A stretch of 63,842 bases of DNA, filler included, from Octopus bimaculoides (taxonomy: Eukaryota): assembly GCF_001194135.2 (NCBI RefSeq). It is 5 parts of 5 records of this genome, joined end to end, with 100 filler letters (N's around TTAATTAATTAA, not from the genome) between each part and the next. Parts side by side here need not be neighbours in the genome. Positions count along the whole stretch, not along the records: positions 15,239 to 29,578 come from NC_068991.1; positions 29,679 to 46,740 come from NC_068997.1; 3 more parts are not named here. One strand, 5' to 3'. The position numbers and the translations under genes are program-made. The notes beneath the pieces are model-generated. The model saw nothing but the letters and a program-made list of their open reading frames with translations. It was not told the DNA's origin and ran no database searches. Of the stretch, positions 27,200-39,818 are shown piece after piece (the first letter of the stretch is position 1; each line of letters starts with the position of its first letter).

Positions 27200-27398
27200 A
27201 AGCAGCGAGCTGGCAGAATCGTTAACACGACGGGCAAAATGCCTCGTCCGTCTTTACGTTCTGGATTCACATTCAGTCGACGTTCTCTTTCATTCATTCG
27301 GAATCAATAAATTAGTACCAGTGAAACACTGGCGTCGATATAATGGACTAGTCCCCTACCTCCAAAATTTCAGGTCTTGTGCCTTTAGTCGAAAGGAA
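27200..27398 (+). mobile_element. SINE family B
   Basis: AGCAGCGAGCTGGCAGAATCGTTAACACG...CTTTCATTC...TAAATTAGTACCAG...TTTCAGGTCTTGTGCC. Confidence 0.75.
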
Positions 27399-27819
27399 AT
27401 AAGAGGAAATGAACAAATTTTAATAAAATATTTCTGACAAATATGCTGAAAATACGTTTTCAGCTGGCGGGAATTTCTGGGTGATGTAACAGCTGAGACA
27501 TATTCGTTGTCAACATTAATTACCATCACATTTAGTGAAGATCAGTGCAATAAATTATGACGAAAACTACATCATGCTTCTTGCATGCTGTTTCCAGATC
27601 TAATAAAGAAAATAAATTACAGAGGAAGACGTATTTATTACAAACGTATATATATTTATTGAAAATAACTTCAGGACGTGCTGACAATGATTTCCTAAAG
27701 AGTCATAAGGTCTCGGATTTTGAAGTAAAGAATAAAACGAAGTGTGGCGTTCATAACTTTCACCCAAAATTTGAAACAACTTCAAACCAAAACACATATA
27801 CACACATTCATACAATGCT

Positions 27820-28030
27820 CATACACAAACACGTGTTGTCAAATATGAAGTGGTTGTTTCGTAGGATGAATTCAACTGATTCAATTATGAATTCTTTGCT
27901 GATCCTTTCCGGTATTTCCTCCAGATACTGGTCCAGCCAGAATTGAATTGCTTCTAGCCCATAATTATGAGGTATCCTGGTATATAAGTTAATCACATCA
28001 AATGAAACCATGGTTGTTTCTTCCACGTAC
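27820..28030 (-). mobile_element. Penelope-like RT fragment (second copy)
   Basis: MVSFDVINLYTRIPHNYGLEAIQFWL...FILRNNHFIFDNT. Confidence 0.85.
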
Positions 28031-28204
28031 TCATTCATATATATGTGCATCAACTCATATATACACACATTTATGCAAACATATATATATGAACACACAC
28101 GTGCATGTGCATACACTCATATATGTATATATACATACATATATAGACATCCGCTCACGCACGTACACACATACACACACACATAAATATTTTCATTTTC
28201 ATTT

Positions 28205-28378
28205 TTTCATTTTATCTAGTTTCAGCTCATGAGTTGTGGCCATGCTGAGGCACCGCCATTTTTTTTTTTTTTAGAGGCTATAGTTGAAGACACTTGCCCA
28301 AGTTGCCGCGCAGTGGGACTGAACCCGGAACCATGTGATTCGTGAGCAAGCTACTTACCACACAGTCACTCCTACGCC
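28205..28378 (-). mobile_element. SINE family A pieces (tail plus head)
   Basis: GGCCATGCTGAGGCACCGCC followed by GAGGCTATAGTTGAAGACACTTGCCC...GGGACTGAACCCGGAACCATG. Confidence 0.75.
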
Positions 28379-28883
28379 TACACACACACACACACACACA
28401 CACANNNNNNNNNNNNNNNNNNNNNNNNNNNNNNNNNNNNNNNNNNNNNNNNNNNNNNNNNNNNNNNNNNNNNNNNNNNNNNNNNNNNNNNNNNNNNNNN
28501 NNNNNNNNNNNNNNNNNNNNNNNNNNNNNNNNNNNNNNNNNNNNNNNNNNNNNNNNNNNNNNNNNNNNNNNNNNNNNNNNNNNNNNATATATGCGAGTAA
28601 AAATAAATACAAAAAAGGTTTTTTTTTTGTATGATTGTGTATAGAGGAATATATTATTTTGTTTAAAAGAGTTCCAACACTGTCGGTTTTTTATGTTTTA
28701 TTTATATTCCTGCAGAACCAATGTGGGGTATAGAATATGGAATATGCAATATATAATATAATATACAATATATAATATAAAATAAAATAAAAATGGATGG
28801 CACCATGAAATAAAGTATTGAATGTAGATGAAATATTGAGTGTTCAATATAAAGGATCAAATATATAAATATAAGTATATAAA

Positions 28884-28923
28884 GGCGACTCGAGTTTCAG
28901 GGCTATTTCCCTTCGTCATGGCC
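28884..28923 (-). ncRNA. Degenerate minimal hammerhead-like motif (family D)
   Basis: Minus strand GGC-CATGACGAA-GGG aaatag CCC-T-GAAA-C-TCGA-GTC-GCC; the core carries an extra A after C3. Confidence 0.4.
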
Positions 28924-29703
28924 GGTATGACAGACTTTAACACTTATATACATACACACACATTTACATAAATACACGTCCACACACATAAACACTTTGT
29001 ATTTATCACCACATGCCCATAATTATTTACGTAAGTGTGTGTATGCATACCTTCACATAAATACCAGAAAAAGGAAAGTACATAATGTCATCTACATATA
29101 TGATTAAATAGCATGTGAAATAGTTTATAGGAATATGTGGAATTACGTGTATAGTTACTCACACACATATCGATTTACATACATACATGTACACATATGC
29201 ACGAATACATACATACGCAAAAACACGTGTGCGTATACGTAATTGTGTGTGTCTATATACATATACATACATTCATATAAGTACAAGAAAAATTAATACA
29301 TATTTTTTACGCGCATATGGTCTAAGTATTATGTAAAATAGGTTATTTTTACTCACATATGATCTAAGTATCATGTAAAATAGGTTATAATTATATGTCA
29401 ATCGGTATAGTTAATTATGAAAGCTATTAAAAGTACCGATATTTAATATTATAAGCTATATTCAATTTTGTTTAGTTGTGCGTAAAAGCATAAAGGGACG
29501 AAAGAAAGATGTAAGTGGAAAATAGTTTTGAAGTGTACAGAAGATACGTAAATAAATGGGCACATATCAATTTCAATTNNNNNNNNNNNNNNNNNNNNNN
29601 NNNNNNNNNNNNNNNNNNNNNNTTAATTAATTAANNNNNNNNNNNNNNNNNNNNNNNNNNNNNNNNNNNNNNNNNNNNAGTATGTGTGTGTGTGCGTATG
29701 TGT

Positions 29704-29766
<63 letters not shown>

Positions 29767-29789
29767 CAGATATACCTATATAAATATAA

Positions 29790-30378
29790 ATATTAGAGGG
29801 GTTGTTATATTAATTAATGATCTTCTGTGAACAAGCGACGCATAAATTTTGCTGCAACTCTTTTCATTAGCAATTCCTCGCTCAAAAATCGTTGGCAGGA
29901 CCAGCAGGACATACCATTCATATCAACAAGTTCGTCCATTGTTCACTGAGGGTCCTCCAAGATCAGTTCATGAATTTCCATGATGTTTTCATTCCTTCGT
30001 GACGTCGACGGTCGCCCTGAATGTGGTTTGTGTTCAAGCGACAAGGAACAGTTCCTAATATGAGAACCACACGTAAACTTGTGTTTTGCTCATGGCAGCG
30101 TCCTTGTAATGTTTGAAGCATAGTGTCTGTTTCGGCTGCCGTTTTCCTCAGCAGAAAATAGAATTTCACGGAAGTACGTTGCTCCTTCGTCTCAGACATT
30201 GCAAAAATCGACAAACAGTGGAGAAGCACTGTAAAACAAAGACACACTACGTGGCAGTACGACTTCGCCCAACAACGCCATTCGATAGCCTGATGTCTGA
30301 GGGTTGTATTAAGTGGACTCCAGCGGTGGAAGCCTGAACTATAACCATGAACGTTTCCGGTTACTTTTGGGTACATAT
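29790..30378 (-). mobile_element. mariner transposon, 5' portion (N-terminal HTH region), frameshifted
   Basis: MSETKEQRTSVKFYFLLRKTAAETDTML resembles a mariner N-terminus. Downstream frame-shifted AAKFMRRL resembles the K(F/W)VPxxL linker. Confidence 0.8.
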
Positions 30379-31695
30379 AGAAACGTATCTGTGTATGTGT
30401 ATTTGAGTGTGTTTTTTGCTTGTGTGTGTGTGTGTGTGTTTAAATGAGTGTAGGCATAGTTATGGTAACCGTCACAAATGTAAGTAGAGATATTTATAAC
30501 ACTTAACTCTTCCTTTCTTATTGTTTTTTTTTTTTTGTCTTTTACATTTTCACAGAGAGAATCTTTCCTAGCAGTGACAGAATGCGGAGGGGAGCACTTT
30601 ACACCAGGCGACAGAATACATTTGGCGACATAAAGTTAAAAGCCGTCGCTCTTGTCGGCAGCCTTTTCGACTGTGCTGTCAGGTGTATGTTATCTCCGGA
30701 ATGTGTGGGGTTCGGATATGAATTATTCTGCCAAATGGCTGTGAAGTATTGAAGTTCAACAGAATTTCTTAAAACCCTTTCGTCACACAGACGAACACAC
30801 ACACACCTCACACACATACACACTGAAAAAAAGCTTGTTGAAAGACCTACAGAAAACTGTAAACCCTTCTAGTTATTTCGAAAGATATAATAGTTGTCCA
30901 TGTTTCATAATGGAAATATTAGGTTGTTTCACATGAAATGTCGTATTTGAAAGATAACAATAAAATGTTTCAGAAATTGTTAGAGATCTGATTTATTTAA
31001 TCAAAGTATGATCCATTGTCATTTATGACGTTTACCCAACGTTTCTCTATGTCATATATTCCATCTTTAAAAAAATTCATCTTTTGCTGTGATAAACTGT
31101 TCGAATGCTTCAATTACCTTTTCTTTATTTAAGAATGTTGTATTGCTTATGAAAAGCTCAAAATGCTTAAATAAGTGATGATCAGTAGGAGATATATTAA
31201 AATCCCAATATTCGTCACTGCTAGCATCATCCCCAAAAAATGCTCATCATTATTGCTGTCGTGCCCATCATGAACAGAGCTGTGCAGATAAGAAAAAGAG
31301 TCAGTTATCTTCCTAGATGTTAAGTAATCTATTATTACCTCCCCTTCCACTGTGGTTTATTTAATGTACAGCAGTAAGTATTTATAGCTGGTCAGGTACA
31401 CGTACATAAACATTATGCCCCAAAGAAGTACAACTGCTATGTACCAAGTCATAATTTTAGAATTTACTAAGACGATGGTATACGAAAAATAAAAATCGCC
31501 CCCATTGGCGCAGGAGTGGCTGTGTGGTAAGTAGCTTGCTTACGTACCACATGGTTCTGGGTTCAGTCCCACTGCGTAGCACCTTGGGCAGGTGTCTTCT
31601 ACTATAGCCTTGGGCCAACCAAAGCCTTGTGAGTGGATTTGGTAGACGGAAACTGAAAGAAGCCCGTCGTATATATGTATATATATATTCAATTA

Positions 31696-31862
31696 TTTTT
31701 CTCCGTGTTTTTCTCCTTGTCTCCGTATTCTTTCTGTTGAAGAGCGTAGCTCGAAACGTCAAAGACTTTCCGTATTCCCGAGCGTCATACTAATATATAC
31801 TTTTGTTATTTACACCACCTGTCCTCGTCTGTTGTTATTATTTGTATATTCTCCCATATATA
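31696..31862 (+). mobile_element. 167-bp hammerhead-bearing repeat, copy 2
   Basis: Identical by eye to 23036-23202. Confidence 0.75.
31729..31765 (+). ncRNA. Minimal type-I hammerhead ribozyme, variant core (family A, copy 2)
   Basis: Same sequence as 23069-23105. Confidence 0.65.
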
Positions 31863-31867
31863 TGTGT

Positions 31868-31978
<111 letters not shown>

Positions 31979-34248
31979 TCCTCCCACCATCGCTTGACAA
32001 CCGATGCTGAGTGTGGAATAAATGTTATCCTTGTTACTATTTTCATTTGTTACATAAATCTCTAAATCTTTTTAGATATAATAGTTTTGTTCTTTATTCT
32101 CTTCTCTAAACTATCAATAGAACTCCTGATTGCCAACTATAAATACATAGAAATGTAAACGTTGTATTATTTGATTCTTTGTCTGAAGAAGTTCTTAGAC
32201 ATTTCATGCATGTTTTTACCACGTGTACAATTTTTTAACTCCTATCAGCAAATGAAACGCGTGTAATGGGGAACAAAGAATATCAAAAATAATTTCCAGG
32301 TTCCTGTTTAGATGTGTAATTACTTCATGTATTCCTCACAAAAATATAACTTTGAAATACTGGAAGAAGCAGATGTGCTTCAGGAGGACACAGGTTGTAT
32401 TATAACTCTATCTGCATAATACACATACCTATGTATGTAGATAGATATATACATACAAATATATATTCAAACATAAATATACACATACTTACATTTATTA
32501 TACAGAACAGTACAAACCGGCATTCAAAGGTGTAGTGCTTGACAAAAGTTATCATGCTTCCCATAATACTTTTAGCTGCTTATGTGGTCCCAAGTAGAGA
32601 TGGAAAACTTTCTATCTCTTCACCAACGAATAAAGAGGGATATGATAAATGGTGGAAGATACGGTTGCTCGTGTACCCTGGCTGATACTAATTACAACTG
32701 AGTTAGTGTAGCAACCTGATTGAAGTACCTTTCATAAGGACTTAATGCGCCGCCAAATGCAAGAAACGAACACACGGCCTTATGATCATGAACCAAACAA
32801 CAATACACCATGTGCGTTCCCAAGACTACCATCAACAGTACCTTGCTCCGGCGACGCTTGATCCTGAGTAACCGAATCACTAAGAGACGCGCCTTCACTA
32901 ATCCATCGATCCATCGATTCAACTATCCATGCATTCGTACTCGATCAATACAAGCTATTAGCACTTGCATTATTACCGTCTACCGGTCGATTTTACGAGT
33001 AACTTAATTGCTTCGCGGAAAGAGCAGTCCTGATGGATAGAGATTAAAACAAAGAACGGAAGGTAAGAGCTTTTAAGAAGAAATTGCAAGCTGAATGGAC
33101 AACTCGTAGATTATTTTTATACTTCCTTTAATGGAAGGAGACAATCCGGCAGAATTGTTAGCAAGCCGTGCAAAATGCTTCGTGGCATTTCATCCATCTG
33201 TACGTCCTGATATCAAATTCCTATTGGGGTTGATAAGAAAAGTACCAGCTGAGCATTGAGATCGATGTAATCGACATACCACCTCCATCGAACATATTGA
33301 GTTTGTGCCAAAGTTGAAACGAATATTTTCTTTGCTATTTAGAAATGATATGCACAACTTTGCATTTACCAGAATACTAGGTTTCAAATAGGGGTCAGCA
33401 GTATGAAAATATGTGTATGTTATTAAATCTAAAATGCCATAATAAGGGCTTGACTACTCGAGGACAAAAATATATAAATGTCCGCGTTTTAGTTCGAGCC
33501 TAAGACCCTACATAAGACAATTCATGTCATTTGATGTGAAGAAGGAATAAAAACAGAAGAATAAATTTTACAAAGATTTAATTCTACAAATGGAAATAGT
33601 CAGCAAGGCTAAATTTATTCAATTTACTTCACCACAAAAAAGATAATATGTATGTAATGACTGATTATAATGGTTATCACAGTATTGCTTTTGTGGGGAA
33701 GTTTACTTTGTGTTATACTGAAATATCTTAGCTGTGAATTAATTAAATTTACTGCATTTCATGGGTGAGAGAGAGAGATTAAAATCTATGGTATTTACTG
33801 TACAACATCGCAGTGGAGTGTTAAATATAGATCAACTGGTCGACGACTTTTCTAATAATTTATTCTTTTTGCCAAAGAGAGAAACATGTTTAACGTAATG
33901 CAATACACAAGCGCACACAGACATCCGGTCTAGAAACTGAAATCATGATCTCTCGATTGTGACTGCAACACCCCTAACCACTAGGCCATACGACTTCACA
34001 CACGCACACACATTATATATATTATATATATATATTATATTATATATNNNNNNNNNNNNNNNNNNNNNNNNNNNNNNNNNNNNNNNNNNNNNNNNNNNNN
34101 NNNNNNNNNNNNNNNNNNNNNNNNNNNNNNNNNNNNNNNNNNNNNNNNNNNNNNNNNNNNNNNNNNNNNNNNNNNNNNNNNNNNNNNNNNNNNNNNNNNN
34201 NNNNNNNNNNNNNNNNNNNNNNNNNNNNNNNNNNNNATATAAAATATA

Positions 34249-34279
<31 letters not shown>

Positions 34280-34310
34280 CTAAAATAAGCAACAAGGATA
34301 TCCAGAGGTA

Positions 34311-34399
34311 ATGCAGTACGATCGTTTCATGCAACTCCATTTAATTGAACAATGTAATCATTACATCAATTTAAAATGCAGAGCAATCCTCAGCTGCAC
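34311..34399 (-). ncRNA. Type-I hammerhead-like motif with long irregular stem II (family C)
   Basis: Minus strand GTGCAG-CTGAGGA-(~58 nt)-GAAA-CGATCG-TA-CTGCAT: 6-bp stem I, palindromic ACGATCGT stem III, GUA triplet. Confidence 0.55.
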
Positions 34400-34699
34400 A
34401 AAGATATAGAATTTAATTAAATTAGAACAGATGGACACATTAGTATAATTATACCTAAAATCTCCAAGAAGTTAAGGAGATAGACAATGAGCATATTGCT
34501 TCTACTACAACATAGAAGTTAATAAATAAATTGGCAAGAAGATTCTGCCTATCACTGATTCTATTTGTTTTGTTTTTTTTTTTTGTTTTTTTTTTTAGTT
34601 TTAATCAATAGACTAGTTCATCAAACCTTTATACCTAAGGCTTGAGAGAATAAAGGGCTTTATCGGTTGGAAGACGTTTGAGTTAAACTGGGGGTTGGG

Positions 34700-35100
34700 G
34701 CATGAAAAGCTGCAGAAACTTACGTGATGCTCCAAACTATTTACGGGTTAACTTTTCGCAGGCACAAGAGTTTCAGGGACGGTATAAAGGAAGTGAAAGC
34801 GATGAAACATATAGGAAGGACGTTACAACATCAGAACTGGAGAAAAATTGTAATTTTCTGAATGAAGACAGCCGCATGTCTACAAAGAAAACGTATTGTT
34901 TGATGCTGGTGTATCTAACGTAAACGGAATCGTACATGAAGTTCTGAATATACGCAAAATTTGTGAGCAAAGTGCTCAGTTTAGAGTACTAGAGTAATCA
35001 GTTACTTAACGGAGATATCGTCATCAAAACTATTCCTCGCCTTCCCTACTGTTCAGATCTTGCTACCTGCAACTTTTAGAATTAGCGATTAATTATCTTT
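34700..35100 (+). mobile_element. Highly degenerate mariner transposase remnant
   Basis: FQGRYKGSESDETYRKDVTTSELEKNCNFLNEDSRMS (cf. GRESVxDDxRxGR...DRRVS) and IKTIPRLPYCSDLATCNF (cf. PYSPDLAPCDF). Confidence 0.6.
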
Positions 35101-35318
35101 CAAAATCTTATGAAAGAAGATCAATAAGTGCGTTACGAAAACATAGCCTTAATGTAAAGTTTCGATCGTTAAGTTGTGTTTAAACGCTTGGATAAGTTTT
35201 TCTCTTACGTTTTAATGTATGTGTGATAGTTAAGTTTCTTCTAAGACTTTGCTATGATGTCGTGAACGACGCTTTTGTATGTTTACTTTCTCACAACCAT
35301 TTTCTCCTTGGATACAGG

Positions 35319-35350
<32 letters not shown>

Positions 35351-35438
35351 TGTATGTATGTATACATGTATGTATGTATGTATACATGTATGTATTTATG
35401 TGTGTATGTATGTATTTATGTGTGTATATATACATATG

Positions 35439-35521
<83 letters not shown>

Positions 35522-36552
35522 NNNNNNNNNNNNNNNNNNNNNNNNNNNNNNNNNNNNNNNNNNNNNNNNNNNNNNNNNNNNNNNNNNNNNNNNNNNNNNN
35601 NNNNNNNNNNNNNNNNNNNNNNNNNNNNNNNNNNNNNNNNNNNNNNNNNNNNNNNNNNNNNNNNNNNNNNNNNNNNNNNNNNNNNNNNNNNNNNNNNNNN
35701 NNNNNNNNNNNNNNNNNNNNNNNNNNNNNNNNNNNNNNNNNNNNNNNNNNNNNNNNNNNNNNNNNNNNNNNNNNNNNNNNNNNNNNNNNNNNNNNNNNNN
35801 NNNNNNNNNNNNNNNNNNNNNNNNNNNNNNNNNNNNNNNNNNNNNNNNNNNNNNNNNNNNNNNNNNNNNNNNNNNNNNNNNNNNNNNNNNNNNNNNNNNN
35901 NNNNNNNNNNNNNNNNNNNNNNNNNNNNNNNNNNNNNNNNNNNNNNNNNNNNNNNNNNNNNNNNNNNNNNNNNNNNNNNNNNNNNNNNNNNNNNNNNNNN
36001 NNNNNNNNNNNNNNNNNNNNNNNNNNNNNNNNNNNNNNNNNNNNNNNNNNNNNNNNNNNNNNNNNNNNNNNNNNNNNNNNNNNNNNNNNNNNNNNNNNNN
36101 NNNNNNNNNNNNNNNNNNNNNNNNNNNNNNNNNNNNNNNNNNNNNNNNNNNNNNNNNNNNNNNNNNNNNNNNNNNNNNNNNNNNNNNNNNNNNNNNNNNN
36201 NNNNNNNNNNNNNNNNNNNNNNNNNNNNNNNNNNNNNNNNNNNNNNNNNNNNNNNNNNNNNNNNNNNNNNNNNNNNNNNNNNNNNNNNNNNNNNNNNNNN
36301 NNNNNNNNNNNNNNNNNNNNNNNNNNNNNNNNNNNNNNNNNNNNNNNNNNNNNNNNNNNNNNNNNNNNNNNNNNNNNNNNNNNNNNNNNNNNNNNNNNNN
36401 NNNNNNNNNNNNNNNNNNNNNNNNNNNNNNNNNNNNNNNNNNNNNNNNNNNNNNNNNNNNNNNNNNNNNNNNNNNNATATATATAAACGCATATATATTT
36501 GATCGTGTGATATATGGAGATGAGAGAGAGCAGGTCGAGGGAGAGAATTATA

Positions 36553-36586
36553 TATAAACTGGATTCTTGTCGGGATCACGTCATTC
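36553..36586 (+). promoter_or_regulatory. TATA box plus Initiator core promoter
   Basis: TATAAA at 36553-36558 and TCATTC (TCAKTY Inr) at 36581-36586. The Inr A at 36583 is exactly 30 nt downstream of the TATA T, and an ATG follows 15 nt later. Confidence 0.65.
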
Positions 36587-36597
36587 TTAGTCGTGAA

Positions 36598-36643
36598 ATG
36601 GAACCAACGATGAATATGAAGATACATTTTGTATTATATTTTA
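36598..36643 (+). CDS. Secreted PAN/Apple-domain protein, exon 1 (signal peptide N-half)
   Basis: MEPTMNMKIHFVLYF plus 1 nt, then the strong donor GTAAGT (phase 1). Confidence 0.65.
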
Positions 36644-37380
36644 GTAAGTTCACTTTTATTGTTATTGCATAATATTGCTGTTGTTGTTGTTTATATCTAT
36701 ATCAGATTTGACCCATCTGTCATACAATCAAAACCAAATCTCAAGTGCGCATCCAATCTTGTTTTTTCAGACACACTAAAACTAATCTACATTAATCAAA
36801 TGAAATTTTTCTTTCTAAATCTTTAATCTGTTTGGCAAGAATTTTGATCTGAACCAGTGTCAAACATTTAAGAAGAAATTGGTTTAACGAAAAATGATTT
36901 TGTAGATTATTTCGAAAAAGAAAAGTGAGGTGAACTATAGACAAGCAACAACCGTTGTTTTTTTCATTTTATAGATTTTATCACTCAAGACTCTTCCCAG
37001 TGTTTTATTATTTTTGGAATATAGGGAATCATAAATGCTAGCGACACTGGTAGTATGGCGCAGTTTGGAATGATGCTTGAAACTGGTGGGCTTCCAAGAT
37101 GATGCCATGGAATTCGTCAATTCAGAAGGTCGTAAGAAATTGGTGTAACTAAATATTAAAACGAAATCGACATTGCCAGTCTGGTAGTCGGTGTTGTATA
37201 CGAATATTCCATCAGTGGATATTAAAGATGTGAAATTGCAAAATAGAAAATAGGAGAAAATACTATGCAACTAGAAGTATATTAGTTGTTTTCTTCCAAT
37301 TCTTGTGACAGTAGTTTGTCATTTTAGGGAAATGCGGCTGATATTTTTGATGACAGATTAAAAGCTTTTTTAACTCTTTC

Positions 37381-37427
<47 letters not shown>

Positions 37428-37435
37428 TACACATA

Positions 37436-38165
37436 CAGGGTGCGATAAGTAAGTTGTCGCAATTTTATATTTTTGATTTAGCGCATGTGCATTGTTTATT
37501 CTTTATTTTGTCGACTACAAAGTATAGTAGGGTCAGTTTGGCACCGTCTGTGAGAAAATGAGCACTATGACGCAATTCACTCTGCCAGAAATTTGGAAAC
37601 GACATTCTGAACTGCTTGGCATTCGCATCGGAAGCTCCAATACGAACGTTTCAGAGTGTCTGAGGACAGTGCAGAAAATTCAGAAAGAGTTGGATGAGTC
37701 TAATGGTGATTAGGAAGGTAGGGCAGCTCAGAAAACTCACTCTGATCGTTCTGATAAGAAAAGAACTACTCCTGAATTTGTTGGTGAGATCCATGATTGA
37801 CAACGATCCCTCCAAGTCAATCAGGTCTATCACCAGCGACATGAGAGTGTCTGAGTTTCTCATGGGGCAAGTAGTGCATGAAGACATTCAATATTCCTCA
37901 TACAAGATGAGAAAGGGCTAATTTTTATCCCAAGCCATCAAGGACAAGAGGAAAGGCCACGCTACGAAGCTTTTGAACAAGTTCAAGCATCCCGCGCAAC
38001 CGAACATGCTTTGGTTTTTCTTAGACGAGAAAAGGTTTTTACAGGATCAGGTGGAGAACACACAGAACTACCGTTGACTTTCCATGTCCCCAAAACATGT
38101 ACCGAGAGTGATAAAAGTCAAACATCCAGTAAGCACCATGGTGTTTGGAGGGATCGCTAGCTTGT
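37436..38165 (+). mobile_element. Tc1/mariner-superfamily transposon (maT/DD37D-like), truncated, in intron 1
   Basis: TA|CAGGGTG terminus; MIDNDPSKSIRSI...VVHEDIQYSSYKMRKG...LWFFLDEK...KHPVSTMVFG. The third catalytic residue is not present, so the subfamily is inferred. Confidence 0.75.
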
Positions 38166-38422
38166 TTGATTAGGTGGCTTCCATAGGGTTGTGTGGTTCC
38201 AAACTTTGATTCACAAATATGTTGTCTAGTTCGAGCCAGCTGTTTGACATTTTATACATGTTAATTATTCAACAGCCTCAAGTGAAAGAAACCCTTCCAA
38301 TGAACTTTAGTTAGATGAAATCTATATGCAAATCTGTCAGGTGATTAATTCATTTTTCGTGGAGGCAAGACATACACTGTCAACTGGTTTATTTTCACCA
38401 ATTGGCCCTTTCATTCTTTTAG

Positions 38423-38455
38423 CAGTGTTCCCTTTGTTGCAAGCATTTTGGGCAG
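38423..38455 (+). CDS. Secreted PAN/Apple-domain protein, exon 2 (signal peptide C-half)
   Basis: Polypyrimidine tract TTCATTCTTTTAG acceptor; 33 nt, phase 1-1, (T)VFPLLQAFWA(G); donor GTTTGC. Confidence 0.6.
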
Positions 38456-38794
38456 GTTTGCAAAATGAAAAAAACATCGCTTTTTCTGACCAAACGTTTC
38501 AGACGCGCCAAGAAGATGATAGACGCTGTCTTTCCTCGCCCTATTGAAGTATTAAATTGTAAACTGAGAAAAAATAAATAAATAAGCAATATCGGAATTT
38601 ATAAGTTTTTTCTTTTCTAATTCCAGCATTATGTTTTTTCTTGGCACGTGGACAAGGTATGTAAAATATATATTAACCTGTTTTTCTTTCTACAAATAAC
38701 TAGTTACGTAATTGAATGTGTGTTTGTGTGTCTGCACGCACGCACGCGCGTTTATCTGTCTGTCTTATGGTGTTTTCAAAGGAGGAGACAGCAT

Positions 38795-39470
38795 AGCTGA
38801 TATGAGACACCAGGTGTCACAGTACTGAGCAAGGGTGAACCACCAACAATTATGAAGGAGGAGGTTATGTGCTGCAAAGCTCATCCTGTGTGAGCAGCAA
38901 GTGCAGCACTGTCGGCAAAGAGGAGATCTTGGATCATTTGTTCCAGGGTGCTCATATGGGCATGTAGTCATCGGAGATTAAACAGACTCTCATCAAATGG
39001 TATCTGACATAGACTTCGCCCTCGTCCGCAAAATCTGTGGCCTGCATGCACATCATACTGAAGAAGCCGGTGAAGAGAGCTGGTGCCATAACGCAAACCT
39101 GCTTCACTCCGTTGCTGATCGGGAAGTTACTGAATCTGATTTCCCAACGCTGGTTTTCATACAACTGGCTGACCATTTTCAGGACCTTTGTGGTACAGAC
39201 GAGTCTCTCAACGATATGCTGCAATCTCTTCCAACTCGCTGAGTTGAATCCTTTAGTCAGGTCAATGAGTATTAGATACCACCCTTTGCTTTGCTTCCAG
39301 CAATTCTCTTGTACCTGCCCGGAAACAAACACCATGTCTGTGATGATCTCGTTGAATCTGAAGACGCACTGGCTCTCGGAAGTTGTTCTTCCGTGTCTGT
39401 TCAGCAAAACCCTTTCAGGAACAATACATATATAAAAAGAACAAAAGAGAATTGAAGTGGGAAGTGCCAT
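38795..39470 (-). mobile_element. RTE (BovB-like) LINE RT fragment
   Basis: ESQCVFR...TDMVFV...IDLTKGF...FPISNGVKQVCVMAPALF resembles RTE RT domains 2-4. Confidence 0.85.
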
Positions 39471-39520
39471 CAGGGTAAGGATTTGTAGATGACACGTCGC
39501 TTCTTAAATCACACGATGTT

Positions 39521-39572
<52 letters not shown>

Positions 39573-39818
39573 CCAAGCTTGTTTCACTTTCCGGGTATAA
39601 AACCCATTCATGTATTCGGTTGGCCCGAGGTTATAGTAGAAGTGCTAGCAGTGGAACTGAACCTTCAGGCATGTCGTTCGGAATCAAATTTCTCTCCACA
39701 CATCCACACCTGCATTTAACTAAAAATAACAATAACAACATTAGTCGCTGAGCGTATAATACCATGCAAAATGCTTCATTCGAAATCAAACCAAATATTT
39801 CGTGTATGCTTTCATATA

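Noticed and set aside
32825-32850. QDYHQQYL, resembling the MsrA EDYHQQYL motif
   Set aside because: An isolated short match in a frame closed by stops, with no GCFWG motif; chance.
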